Of a stretch of 64,000 bases of DNA, positions 39,699-49,458 are shown piece after piece (positions within the stretch are counted from its first letter, which is position 1; the number at the start of each line of letters is the position of its first letter). The notes beneath the pieces are model-generated. The model was not told where the DNA came from. It saw only the letters and a list, made by a program, of their open reading frames with translations, and made no database searches. The position numbers and the translations under genes were made by a program. Source of the stretch: an uncultured Collinsella sp. (GTDB taxonomy: Bacteria > Actinomycetota > Coriobacteriia > Coriobacteriales > Coriobacteriaceae). Location: positions 9,375 through 73,374 of the forward strand of contig CAAERJ010000009.1 of assembly GCA_900758375.1 (NCBI GenBank). The letters run 5' to 3'.

Positions 39699-40502
39699 TC
39701 ATCGCAGGATGTTTTGCGTGGCAGTCATAAGGCCCAGACGGTTGCTGACGCCGAGCTTGCGATAGATGGCGTTGACGTGCTTCTTGACGGTTGACTCGCT
39801 TATGAATAGCTCGTTTGCCATCTGTTTGTTCGTTTTGCCGCCGAGCATGAGCTGCATGATTTCGGCTTCGCGCGGTTGGATATTATGTTCTGTAATGAAA
39901 GCATTCAGCTGGTTTGTGTCTTCGGTCTGGGTGAGATTAATGCCCCGAGGATAGAGGTTGGCGAGCGCGAGGCTCGCGTGCCGAGCGATTTCGAGCAGGA
40001 TTGCGAGCTCGGTGTCGGTGAAGTCTCCGGCCGTGCGTTCGCGAAACAGGGTGATGCTTCCTAGCGGGCTGTCGTTGTGCGCGAGCGTGGCCGTACAGCC
40101 AAAGTAGACGCCCTGCGGTTCCATCCATTTGCGATAGATGGGTGTGGCATCGCGTCGCTCGACGTCCACGAGGTCGAGGTCGCGGTAGACGCCGACCTTA
40201 TGTAGGTCAAAGCTCCATGTTGTATAGTCCATCGCGGCGTAGCGGTTGTAGTAGTCGCTCAGCGCGCGGTCGTCCATTCCGCTGCTTGCGGGGTGGACGT
40301 AGCGTGGGGCGTCACTGCCTGCCGCCTCGATCAGGTCGAACATGGCGATCCGATGGGGCACGAGCCCTGTCGTTCCCTCGAGGGTCTCCTTTTGCAGCTT
40401 ATCGACACCGTGTGATGCGTGGATTGCAAGCGCGAGCTCGTTGAGAGCAGTCCAGGTCGTACTGTCCAACTCAATAGTCTGCTGTTTATTGCATGGGGGC
40501 AT
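39699..40502 (-). CDS. LuxR family regulator with soluble (GAF-like) sensor domain
   Basis: [23 protein letters not shown]-type end and [42 protein letters not shown]; start ATG 40502 after AAAGGA. Confidence 0.87.
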   Translation of the reverse strand: MPPCNKQQTIELDSTTWTALNELALAIHASHGVDKLQKETLEGTTGLVPHRIAMFDLIEAAGSDAPRYVHPASSGMDDRALSDYYNRYAAMDYTTWSFDLHKVGVYRDLDLVDVERRDATPIYRKWMEPQGVYFGCTATLAHNDSPLGSITLFRERTAGDFTDTELAILLEIARHASLALANLYPRGINLTQTEDTNQLNAFITEHNIQPREAEIMQLMLGGKTNKQMANELFISESTVKKHVNAIYRKLGVSNRLGLMTATQNILR

Positions 40503-40680
40503 AGGGCGTCCTTTCCATTGTGGAACCCAGTATGTCATGTTCTCGGCCTGAATAGAACTTTAGGTCAGCGAATGGTATACCGTTGGTCGCTGAAAGGGGC
40601 TCGAGGGACTATTGAGAACATCTCGGTGCGGCCGCATCATGGTCTCGTCAAGCAAAAGCACCGAGATTTAGGAGCTTGAA

Positions 40681-41802
40681 ATGAAGACCATCTACGAGAG
40701 TGAATCCACGCCTAAGAAGGACGGGTTCTATATGCCCGGCGAGTATGAGGAGCAGGAGCGCACCTGGATTCTGTGGCCGCACCGCTCCGACGTGTGGCGC
40801 TGCGGCGCCAAGCCGGCGCAGAAGGTCTTCACCGAGATCATTAAGACCGTTGCACGCTTTCAGCCCATCACGGTAGGCGTCAACACCGAAGACTTCCCCG
40901 CGGTGTGCGAGATCTTCGACGGTGTTGAGAACGTGCGCGTTATCCACATGGAGTACAACGACAGCTGGATTCGCGACCCCGGCCCGGCGTTCCTCGTTAA
41001 TGACAATGGGGAGGTGGCCCTTTCGCACTTCCACTTTAATGCTTACGGCGGTTTCATTGACGGTCTGTACTTCCCGTGGGACAAGGATGCTTCCATTGGC
41101 CTGCAGGTGGCACAGCTTGAGCAGGTTAACCGTTATCGTCCCGAGGACTACATCCTCGAGGGTGGCTCGTTCAACTGTGATGGTCAAGGCACCGTCGTGA
41201 CCACCGAGATGTGTCTGCTCAACGAGGACCGCAACCCGCAGTACACCAAGGAGCAGATTGAGGAGAAGCTCTCTGAGTATCTCGGTATCGAAAAGGTTAT
41301 CTGGATCAAGGACGGTATCGATCCGTACGAAACGAACGGTCATGTGGACGACGTCGCATGCTTTAGTGCGCCCGGCGAGGTCTGCTGCATGTGGACCGAT
41401 GATCCCAACCATAAGTTCTACAAGGAGTGCCAGGAGGCGTACAAGACGCTCTCCGAGTCCACGGATGCCAAGGGTCGCAAGCTCAAGATTCACAAGGTGA
41501 TCATGCCTGCGACTTCGGTATATATGACCGAAGAGGAGGCCAGCACGATTGATCCCGTCGAGGGCGTGCTGCCGCGTACCCCCGAGGACGCCTTCGAGCC
41601 GAGCTATCTCAATTTCCTGCCCATCAACGGAGCGGTGCTTGTGCCGCAGTTCGGTGACCCCAACGACGCCCAGGCGCTCAAGGATATCCAGGCTGCTTAT
41701 CCGGACCGTGAAGTCATCGGTATCATGACTCGCGAGGTTATCTACGGCGGCGGCAACATCCACTGCATCACCCAGCAGCAGCCCAAGGCGCGCCACAAGT
41801 AG
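40681..41802 (+). CDS. aguA: Agmatine deiminase, paralog 2 (canonical length)
   Basis: STPKKDGFYMPGEY, DSWIRD, LEGGS, CLLNEDRNP, ETNGHVDD and GGGNIHCITQQQP. Confidence 0.92.
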   Translation: MKTIYESESTPKKDGFYMPGEYEEQERTWILWPHRSDVWRCGAKPAQKVFTEIIKTVARFQPITVGVNTEDFPAVCEIFDGVENVRVIHMEYNDSWIRDPGPAFLVNDNGEVALSHFHFNAYGGFIDGLYFPWDKDASIGLQVAQLEQVNRYRPEDYILEGGSFNCDGQGTVVTTEMCLLNEDRNPQYTKEQIEEKLSEYLGIEKVIWIKDGIDPYETNGHVDDVACFSAPGEVCCMWTDDPNHKFYKECQEAYKTLSESTDAKGRKLKIHKVIMPATSVYMTEEEASTIDPVEGVLPRTPEDAFEPSYLNFLPINGAVLVPQFGDPNDAQALKDIQAAYPDREVIGIMTREVIYGGGNIHCITQQQPKARHK

Positions 41803-41840
41803 TAGCTCCTTGGTAAACAGGGTTTGATTATCCGTAAATG

Positions 41841-41875
41841 AAAGTCCGCCGGCTTCAATGGCCGGCGGGCTTTTT
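41841..41875 (+). terminator. Rho-independent terminator after aguA2
   Basis: AAAGTCCGCCGGC-TTCAATG-GCCGGCGGGCTTTTT. Confidence 0.7.
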
Positions 41876-41890
41876 GTGTGGCGGCTTGGG

Positions 41891-41940
41891 CGTTTGCCCA
41901 GATAAAACCTACCAAAATAAACCTGTCCCTTTTTGGCAGG
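41891..41940. repeat. 50-bp GGGACAG repeat, inverted partner of 45040-45089
   Basis: Reverse complement matches 45040-45089 at 48 of 50 positions. Confidence 0.85.
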
Positions 41941-42022
41941 TGGTTTCAGCTGAACGGCGGGCCGTGCGGCTTGGGTGTGCGGGCTCACAATCTGGGGAAA
42001 CCAAACAGATTGGGGGGCTTGT

Positions 42023-42756
42023 ATGATCGACTCGAAGGGAAACGTGCGACCCGAGGGCATGTTTAACAGGGCACACCTGGCCCCCGAAGCCCCGCGCGCA
42101 TACGATACGCTACTCGAGTGCGTGCTCAACGGGCAGAAGGGCTGCGAGGTTTCGGCGCGTGCGGGTATGGATACGATCAAGGCGCTCGTATAGCTTTACG
42201 CTTTCGGATGTGACACATAGGACTGCATGCGCCGCTCCCGGCTATATTGCCTCCGAGTGCTTTAGCTCATGGAGATAGCCGGCATCAGCGATTTCGAGAG
42301 CTTGGCGGCGTCCACGAATGCCCCGGTGTTTACACCTCAGACGGACGACTTTGGACTCGCGGTCCATATCTTCAAGATGCTCAATCGCGGAATTCATCCG
42401 TACAGTTCTGGCGAGCTGGACCTAGAATTTTTGACCTAGACGACGATATTCCGGCTCTTCCGCTCAATAGCTGCGTGTGCAATGGGCGCAGCTCCTTTGT
42501 GGGGACGCTGATCGGATATGTTGTCCCTAGTTACGCTCTTGCGATCAATGACTTTGGCAACCTTATGGGCGAGGCTTTCCGCCGGTCGCTCTTTGGCAAA
42601 GCGCATGAGCGCCTTGATGCGCGCACATGGGCGCGCCTGCTCGACCTGTATCTGTCTGAGACGGTTGAGTGTCCGCGCGGTCATCTATATCACGCTTCGC
42701 AGGATGAATGTCCCTATTGTCGAGGAGAGCGCGCTCTGTTAGCTCGTTTTGGCTGA
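42023..42756 (+). pseudogene. Degraded YegI-like Ser/Thr protein kinase
   Basis: Kinase remnants spread over three frames with stops: FGCDT*, PGYIASE, FTPQTDDFGLAVHIFKMLNRGIHPY (42329-42403), then AFRRSL..R.DARTWARLL..ECPRGHLYHASQDECPYC. Confidence 0.7.
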
Positions 42757-42801
42757 TTGGTTTGGGCCGTCTTGGAGAAAGCCCGCAAGGCGGCGTGCAG
42801 G

Positions 42802-43452
42802 TTAATCCTGCGTGTCGCCTCCGTACATGTAGACGATAAAGCCGTCGCCGGTGTCTTGGCTGTGATCTTCCAGGATGCGTTTCATATTGAGGTGCTCGTA
42901 GAACTGCCAGTCGGAGTTGCAGTCGCTCATCAGGAAGAACTTGGTGCAGCCTGCCTTGGCGAGCTCGGCGCGCGCAAGGTCGATGAGCTCGCGGCCGAGT
43001 CCCTTGCCCTGCCACTCGGGCACGATGATGATCAGGTTGAGCTGGCCCTGGGCATACTCGTTGCCCGTGGCGGCAAAGCGGTCGGCCGTGGCCTTTTCAC
43101 GACTGTCGCCAAAGAGCGAGCCCTCGAGCTTGGCATCGGCGGTCTTTGCCATCTCGGTTGCCTGGGCGAGCATCTCGTCGTAGCAGGGCTCCCACGTGGG
43201 ATTGGTGCGCGGCTTGCCGTCCTCGAAGATGCCGATACAGCAGGCGGCGATAGTGCGGCCCTCGGCCTCGGCGACGAGTGCGATGGGGGAGCGCTGCAGC
43301 TGCATAGCGATGTTAAAGCGCGCGCAGAAATCGGCGGCTTCGACGTCGCCGCGGTTGCGTAGTGTGTTGCACCACAGCTGGTTGTAAATGGCGGCGATGC
43401 CGGTCAAGTCATCGAGCGTGGCGGCGCGCAGAGTTACGTTGTCAAGGCTCAT
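42802..43452 (-). CDS. GNAT family N-acetyltransferase
   Basis: TLRAATLDDL and IIVPEWQGKGLGRELI acetyl-CoA motif, FYEHLN; RBS GGAG. Confidence 0.85.
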   Translation of the reverse strand: MSLDNVTLRAATLDDLTGIAAIYNQLWCNTLRNRGDVEAADFCARFNIAMQLQRSPIALVAEAEGRTIAACCIGIFEDGKPRTNPTWEPCYDEMLAQATEMAKTADAKLEGSLFGDSREKATADRFAATGNEYAQGQLNLIIIVPEWQGKGLGRELIDLARAELAKAGCTKFFLMSDCNSDWQFYEHLNMKRILEDHSQDTGDGFIVYMYGGDTQD

Positions 43453-43570
43453 GGAGGCTCCTTCCAGGTTGGGTCAGGCCATCTCTGAGTGTGACATGGA
43501 CGCAGGATTGCCGTATCGACCATTCGGCAGACGACCCTCGATCCCTCGGGGACGGAGGGCCCTAAGAAGG

Positions 43571-43705
43571 AATGAGGGTGGATTTTCGGACACTTGCTCA
43601 ATGAGAGTGGATAATCTCCCACTTTCGCTCGAAAAGCAGGCCACAAAAACGGGAGATTATCCACTCTCATTCTGGGTAGTCGTTTAAGAATGTCCCCAAC
43701 GACTA
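43571..43705. repeat. 21-bp perfect inverted repeat (43600-43620 / 43651-43671), degenerate third copy at 43571, and GGGGAC-type unit at 43677-43705
   Basis: AATGAGAGTGGATAATCTCCC - 30 nt - GGGAGATTATCCACTCTCATT; TAGTCGTTTAAGAATGTCCCCAACGACTA. Confidence 0.8.
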
Positions 43706-43760
43706 CCCCAAAAGGAGCGTCCCCAAGTGCCAGCTTTGGCAACGACGCTGGTAGAAAAAC

Positions 43761-43908
43761 GTCAGCGAAAACCCGCCAGAGCGAGCAAGGTGCCTTGAAG
43801 CGAGGCGGCATTGACCTTTTGGTCATGCCGTCGAAGCTGAAAGGCAGATTGCCGCTCTGGCGGGTTTGCAGCGTCGGCCGGTTACGGCGTTTGGTAAAAC
43901 GCCGTAAC
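43761..43908 (-). repeat. Structured intergenic element family 1, copy C
   Basis: Reverse complement aligns with 12859-13005 with compensatory stem changes; abuts the DAHP synthase stop codon. Confidence 0.9.
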
Positions 43909-44940
43909 CTACACCCGCTCCGCGATCTCGTGGATGAGGTAGTCGGTCTTTTCCCAGCCCAGGCACGGGTCGGTGATGGACTTGCCAAAGACGCCGCCGT
44001 CGACAGGCTGGTTGCCGTCCTCCAGGTAGGACTCGATCATAAAGCCCTTGACCAGCTTGGAGATGGACTCGTTACGGCGGCAGCTGTCGAGCACCTCTTT
44101 GCAAATGCGGTACTGCTCCAGCGGGCGCTTGCCCGAGTTGTCGTGGTTGCAGTCGATGACCGCTGCCGGATTGGCATAGCCGGCATGCTCGGTATAGCGC
44201 TCGGCCAGGCGCTCGAGGTGCTCGTAGTGGTAGTTGGGGTAGGTACGACCGTCGAGACCGATGTAGCCACGCATGACGGCGTGTGCGAGCGGATTGCCAT
44301 CGCACTCAACCTCCCAGTTACGGAAGATGAAGCTCTGGTGCGCCTGCGCGGCGTAAATGGAGTTGAGCATGACGGTGGTAGAGCCGGCAGTGGGATTCTT
44401 CATGCCGACGGGTACCGAAATGCCGCTCGACACCAGGCGATGCTCCTGGTTCTCGACCGAGCGCGCGCCCACGGCGACGTAGCTCAGCAGGTCGACGAGA
44501 TACTGGTAGTTGGAGGGGTAGAGCATCTCGTCGGCGGTGAAGAAGCCGGTCTCCTCGATTACGCGCAGGTGCATGTGGCGGATGGCCTTAACGCCTTCGA
44601 GCAGGTCATCGGGCGCCTCGGGGTCGGGGTTGTGCAGCAGACCCTTGTAGCCGGTGCCCTTGGTACGCGGCTTGTTGGTGTAGACGCGCGGGATAATGAT
44701 GAGTTTGTCCTTGACCTCTTCGGCGACCTTGGCCAGGCGGTTCATGTACTCGAGGACCGAGTCCTCGCGGTCGGCAGAGCACGGGCCGATGATGAGTACC
44801 TTGCGTGTGTCCTCGCCGGTAAAGACCTTGGCGACCTCGGCGTCGAATGCCTGCTTTTTGGCGGTAAGCTCGGCAGAAAGCGGCATTTCCTCGCGGATCT
44901 CCATGGGGATCGGCAGCCTGCGTTTGAAATCCATGGCCAT
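43909..44940 (-). CDS. 3-deoxy-7-phosphoheptulonate (DAHP) synthase, class I
   Basis: IIGPCS, RVYTNKPRT..GYKGL, VGARSVENQEHR, PVGMKN, DCNHDNS, GFMIESY and GKSITDPCLGW. Confidence 0.93.
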   Translation of the reverse strand: MAMDFKRRLPIPMEIREEMPLSAELTAKKQAFDAEVAKVFTGEDTRKVLIIGPCSADREDSVLEYMNRLAKVAEEVKDKLIIIPRVYTNKPRTKGTGYKGLLHNPDPEAPDDLLEGVKAIRHMHLRVIEETGFFTADEMLYPSNYQYLVDLLSYVAVGARSVENQEHRLVSSGISVPVGMKNPTAGSTTVMLNSIYAAQAHQSFIFRNWEVECDGNPLAHAVMRGYIGLDGRTYPNYHYEHLERLAERYTEHAGYANPAAVIDCNHDNSGKRPLEQYRICKEVLDSCRRNESISKLVKGFMIESYLEDGNQPVDGGVFGKSITDPCLGWEKTDYLIHEIAERV

Positions 44941-45039
44941 GCAGGGCCTCCTGAATCAAATAAGTCAAAGCGTGAATTGTCGAATGCACGGCATTATCCG
45001 CTGTCGCACGCTAAAGTGCAAGCCCTTGTCGCCCCGAAA

Positions 45040-45089
45040 CCTACCAAAAAGGGACAGGTTTATTTTGGCAGGTTTTATCTGGGCAAACG
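45040..45089. repeat. 50-bp GGGACAG repeat
   Basis: CCTACCAAAAAGGGACAGGTTTATTTTGGCAGGTTTTATCTGGGCAAACG. Confidence 0.85.
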
Positions 45090-45244
45090 TCAGCTGGTTC
45101 TGGAATGGAATGATGCCACGTGGCTTGGGAGAGGCCGTCGATCGAGTTCCAGGGGAGGTGGTTCGAGGGCCGCAGAACAAAATACGGGGGCGCAGGTTGT
45201 CCTGCGCCCCCGTTTTTGGGTATTGCGGTTGTTTGGCGCCGGTT

Positions 45245-47092
45245 TTACGCCGCCTCGTCGAACTGCGAGTTGTACAGGTCGGCGTAGAAGCCGCCCTGGG
45301 CGAGCAACTCGTCGTGCGTGCCCTTCTCGACGATGTCGCCGTCGCGGATTACTAGGATCACGTCGGCGTTGCGGATCGTGGACAGGCGGTGCGCGATGAC
45401 AAAGCTCGTGCGGCCTTGCATTAGCGCATCCATGGCACGCTGAATAAGCTCCTCGGTACGAGTGTCAACGTTGGAGGTCGCCTCGTCCAGAATCAGCGCC
45501 GGACGGTCGGCCAAAATGGCGCGGGCGATGGTCACGAGCTGGCGCTGACCCTGCGAGAGGTTGGTACCCTCCTCGTTGATCATAAAGTCGTAGCCGCCGG
45601 CGAGCGTATGGATAAAGTGGTCGCAGCGCGCAGCACGAGCGGCGGCCTCGACCTCGGCATCGCTCGCATCGGGGCGTCCGTAGCGGATGTTCTCGCGGAT
45701 GGTGCCGTTAAACAGCCAGGTATCCTGCAGTACCATGGCAAACTCGCCGCGCAGTGCCGCGCGGTCCCAGTCGCGCACGTCGACACCCTCGACGCGCAGC
45801 GAACCGCCGTCCACGTCGTAGAAGCGCTGCAGCAGCTTGATGAGCGTGGTCTTGCCGGCGCCGGTGGGACCGACGATGGCGATGGTCTGGCCGGGCTGTG
45901 CCTCGCAGCTAAAGTCGTGGATGATGGTCTTGTCGGGCGTGTAGCCAAACTTGACATGGTCAAACTCCACGTGGCCGGGGCGCTTCTCGGGAATCTGCGC
46001 GTCGGCCTTCTGCTCTTCCTCGGGCGCGGCCAGGAACTCAAAGACGCGCTCGGTGGCGGCGGCCATCGACTGCATCGTGTTGCTCACGTTGCCCAGCTGC
46101 TGCACGGGTTGGGTAAAGTTGCGAACGTACTGGATAAAGCTCTGGATGTCGCCGGGCGTGGCATTGCCGGTCAGCGCGAGCTGCGCGCCCACCACGACGA
46201 CGCCCACGTAGCCCATGTTGCCCACCAGGCTCATAAGCGGCATCATCAGGCCCGACAGGAACTGCGAGCGCCAGCCGCTAATAAAGAGACGGTCGTTTTG
46301 ACGGTCGAACTCCTCGATCGAGGCCTCGGCGCGGTCGAACACCTGGATGACGTTCTGGCCGGCAAAGTCCTCCTCGATAATGCCGTTGACGGTGCCAAGG
46401 ACTTGCTGTTGCTCGCGGAAGTACGGCTGCGAGAAGTGAATCATCACGGTCAGGATAATCGCGGCGGCCGGCAGCGTGAGCACGGTGACGCCGGTAAGCG
46501 GTAGGCTGATCGAAAGCATCATGACGAGCACGCCGATAATCTGCGTCACCGACGTGATGAGTTGTGTCACGCTCTGGTTGAGCGACTGACCCAGCGTATC
46601 GACGTCGTTGGTGATGCGGCTGAGCACGTCGCCCTTGCTGTGTCCGTTAAAGTAGCTCATTGGCACGACGGCGATCTTGGCGGCGATCTCCTTGCGCATG
46701 CGATAACAAATCTTTTGCGTGACGCCGGTCATGAGCCAGCCCTGGATCAGGCTGCAAACAGAGCTTGCCAGATACAGGCAGAGCAAAAAGCCGAGCGTCT
46801 TGGCGATCCAGTCAAAGTCAACGTCGCCGGTGCCGTTGACCTTGGCGACCAGGCCTTCGAACAGCTTGGTCGTAACCTGGCCGAGCACCTTGGGTCCCAC
46901 AATGTTAAAGATGACCGAGCACACGGCAAAGGCGACGGCGGCAAACACGGCAATCTTGTGCTGGCCGATATAGCCGAGCAGCTGCCTCATGGTGCCCTTA
47001 AAGTCCTTGGCCTTTTCGCCGCGACGCATGCGGCCCATGGGACCACGCTGACGGGTGGGCTTGGGAATCTGAGTCTTGGTCTCGTCTGCCAT
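45245..47092 (-). CDS. Heterodimeric ABC exporter, subunit 2 (TMD-NBD)
   Basis: Six-TM domain; GPTGAGKT, LSQGQRQL, LILDEATSNVD, IAHRLSTI. Confidence 0.93.
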   Translation of the reverse strand: MADETKTQIPKPTRQRGPMGRMRRGEKAKDFKGTMRQLLGYIGQHKIAVFAAVAFAVCSVIFNIVGPKVLGQVTTKLFEGLVAKVNGTGDVDFDWIAKTLGFLLCLYLASSVCSLIQGWLMTGVTQKICYRMRKEIAAKIAVVPMSYFNGHSKGDVLSRITNDVDTLGQSLNQSVTQLITSVTQIIGVLVMMLSISLPLTGVTVLTLPAAAIILTVMIHFSQPYFREQQQVLGTVNGIIEEDFAGQNVIQVFDRAEASIEEFDRQNDRLFISGWRSQFLSGLMMPLMSLVGNMGYVGVVVVGAQLALTGNATPGDIQSFIQYVRNFTQPVQQLGNVSNTMQSMAAATERVFEFLAAPEEEQKADAQIPEKRPGHVEFDHVKFGYTPDKTIIHDFSCEAQPGQTIAIVGPTGAGKTTLIKLLQRFYDVDGGSLRVEGVDVRDWDRAALRGEFAMVLQDTWLFNGTIRENIRYGRPDASDAEVEAAARAARCDHFIHTLAGGYDFMINEEGTNLSQGQRQLVTIARAILADRPALILDEATSNVDTRTEELIQRAMDALMQGRTSFVIAHRLSTIRNADVILVIRDGDIVEKGTHDELLAQGGFYADLYNSQFDEAA

Positions 47093-49458
47093 CAGCGCTC
47101 GCCTCCTTCCATGACGGCTGCAATTTCTTCTTGGGTAAGCCCCAGCTCCTCGGCGGAAAGCTGCGACTGTGCGATCTCCAGGTACGCCGGGCAGCTGCGC
47201 AGCAGCTCCTCGTGCGTGCCGGTGCCCACTACGTGGCCGTCGTCGAGCACGATGATTTGATCGGCGTGCATGATGGTCGCGATGCGCTGGGCCACGACCA
47301 CGAGTGCGGCGTCGGTAACGTTTTTGGCCAGCTCTTCGCGCAGACGCGCGTCGGTCTTGTAGTCGAGGGCGCTAAACGAGTCATCGAACACCACGACCTC
47401 GGGCTTTTTGGCCAACGCGCGGGCGATGGCCAGACGCTGGCGCTGACCGCCCGAAACATTGGAACCGCCCTGGCTGATGGGGGAGTCGTAGCCGCCCTCG
47501 CGCTCGGCGATAAAGTCCTCGGCCTGGGCGATGCGTGCCGCCCGGTGCATGTCATCATCGCTCACCATGTCGCCGGCAAACTTGAGGTTGCTCTCGACGG
47601 TGCCCGAGAACAGGCGACCCTGCTGCGGGATGTAACCAATGCGGCGGCGAAGCTCGGAAAGGGTCATGTCGCGCACGTCGATGCCGTCGAGCGAAATGCT
47701 GCCGCCCGTGACGTCGTATAAGCGCGGGATCAGCTGCACGAGCGTAGATTTGCCCGAGCCCGTGGAGCCAATGATGCCGAGCATCTGACCGGCATGCGTG
47801 GTGAAGTTCACGCCGCTGATGACATCGGCGCGGGCATCGGGATACTGGAAGCTCACGTCGCGGAAGCACAGCTCACCGCGCGGCGCGCTGGTCGCAGGCA
47901 GTTTGGGCGAGGCAGGGTCGTTGATGCTCGTGGGGCAAGTGATGACCTCTTCTACGCGCTCGGCTGCGACCTCGGCGCGGGGCAGGATGACCGAAACCAT
48001 GGTGAGGATCATAAACGCCATGACGATCTGCATGGTGTAGGAGATAAACGCCATCATGTTGCCGACCTGCATCACGCCGTCGGACACGCCCTGCGCGCCA
48101 AACCAGACGATAAGCACGGTGATGCAATTCATGACCAGCATCATGAGCGGCATCATAAAGCTCATGGCGCGGTTGGTGTAGAGCTGCGTGGTCATCAGGT
48201 CGAGCGAAGCCTTGTCAAAACGCTCGAGCTCATGCTCCTCGCGGTTGAACGAGCGGATGGGCATAAGGCCGTCGAGCAGTTCGCGGGCGGTAAGGTTCAC
48301 GCGGTCCACAAAGCCCTGCATCTTTTTGAACTTGGGCATGGTGAGGCCCATGAGCACGCCGACGACGGCAGAGACCGCGATGATGGCCACGGCGATGGTC
48401 CACTCCAGGCCGGTGTGGTTGGCCAGGACGCGCATGACGGCGACGATGCCCATGACGGGGGCCATCAGGCACATGCGGATAAACAGGGTTGCGGCCATCT
48501 GAATCTGCTGAATGTCGTTGGTGCAGCGAGTGATGAGCGAGGCCTGACTAAACTTGCCCACCTCGGCCGGCGAGAAGTGCATAACCTTGTTGAAGGTTTC
48601 GCGGCGCAGGTCGCGGGCAATGGAGCAGGCGGTGCGCGAAGCCACGGCGCCGGTCAGGATGGTGGCGACCAGCGACACCAGACACAGACCAAACATCGTG
48701 GTCGCCATGCGGCCCAGGTAGGCGTTCTGCACGTCGGCGGGGTCGATGCCCTGCGCCTTGTACTCATCCTGCACATAGCTCACGGCGCGCTGAGTGACGA
48801 TGGAGCCTGACATGGAGCCCATTTTGTCCGCCATATCGTTGGCGCCCTCGACGAGCTTGCCCTGGTCGATTAGGCCGCCTTCAACGCCTAGACGCAGGCC
48901 CTTCATGGTGATTTTACCGCCGTCGGCATCAATCTGCTTTTGCATGTTCTGCGCCGCTGCGGCCTTCTGCTGCATCTCGGCGAGCTGCTCGGGCGTCATC
49001 GCCGCCATCTGCTCGGGGGTGGGCATGGCCTGAGCGGCGTCGCTGTCTTTCTCGCCGGACGTGCCAGTCATGTCGCCCATGGAGTTGGCGTCGATGCCCT
49101 GGTTGAGCGAAAGGACGACAGTCTCGGGCAGGCTCATAATGTCGGCAATCTTGCCTCCATCGGCACGCTCTTCCTCGGTGCCCTTGTAAGTTCGAATACC
49201 GTTTTTGTCAGCCTTGCTAAACACGGCCTCCACAGCTTTGGCGTCCTTGGTGCTCATAAAGAGTTCGAGGTCGTCGAGCGATTCGGCGCGAATGGTGTCG
49301 GGCACGGGCGAGGCGATGCCGCCTTGCTGCACGCCCACGTCGACGATGTCGCTCATATAGGTAGGCAGCGCCAGATCGGCGTTGCAGCTGATTACGATAA
49401 GTACGATCGCTGCGAACAGTGCCAGGACATGCTTTTTAAAGAGCTTGAGAATCCTCAC
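47092..49458 (-). CDS. Heterodimeric ABC exporter, subunit 1 (degenerate site, large extracytoplasmic insertion)
   Basis: GSTGSGKS, VSGGQRQR, non-canonical VFDDSFSALD and VAQR; roughly 200-aa insertion between the first two TM helices. Confidence 0.92.
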   Translation of the reverse strand: MRILKLFKKHVLALFAAIVLIVISCNADLALPTYMSDIVDVGVQQGGIASPVPDTIRAESLDDLELFMSTKDAKAVEAVFSKADKNGIRTYKGTEEERADGGKIADIMSLPETVVLSLNQGIDANSMGDMTGTSGEKDSDAAQAMPTPEQMAAMTPEQLAEMQQKAAAAQNMQKQIDADGGKITMKGLRLGVEGGLIDQGKLVEGANDMADKMGSMSGSIVTQRAVSYVQDEYKAQGIDPADVQNAYLGRMATTMFGLCLVSLVATILTGAVASRTACSIARDLRRETFNKVMHFSPAEVGKFSQASLITRCTNDIQQIQMAATLFIRMCLMAPVMGIVAVMRVLANHTGLEWTIAVAIIAVSAVVGVLMGLTMPKFKKMQGFVDRVNLTARELLDGLMPIRSFNREEHELERFDKASLDLMTTQLYTNRAMSFMMPLMMLVMNCITVLIVWFGAQGVSDGVMQVGNMMAFISYTMQIVMAFMILTMVSVILPRAEVAAERVEEVITCPTSINDPASPKLPATSAPRGELCFRDVSFQYPDARADVISGVNFTTHAGQMLGIIGSTGSGKSTLVQLIPRLYDVTGGSISLDGIDVRDMTLSELRRRIGYIPQQGRLFSGTVESNLKFAGDMVSDDDMHRAARIAQAEDFIAEREGGYDSPISQGGSNVSGGQRQRLAIARALAKKPEVVVFDDSFSALDYKTDARLREELAKNVTDAALVVVAQRIATIMHADQIIVLDDGHVVGTGTHEELLRSCPAYLEIAQSQLSAEELGLTQEEIAAVMEGGER

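Noticed and set aside
42190..42440. Stop-codon recoding of the TAG codons in the kinase remnant
   Set aside because: Frameshifts accompany the stops, which indicates decay, and no recoding machinery is visible.
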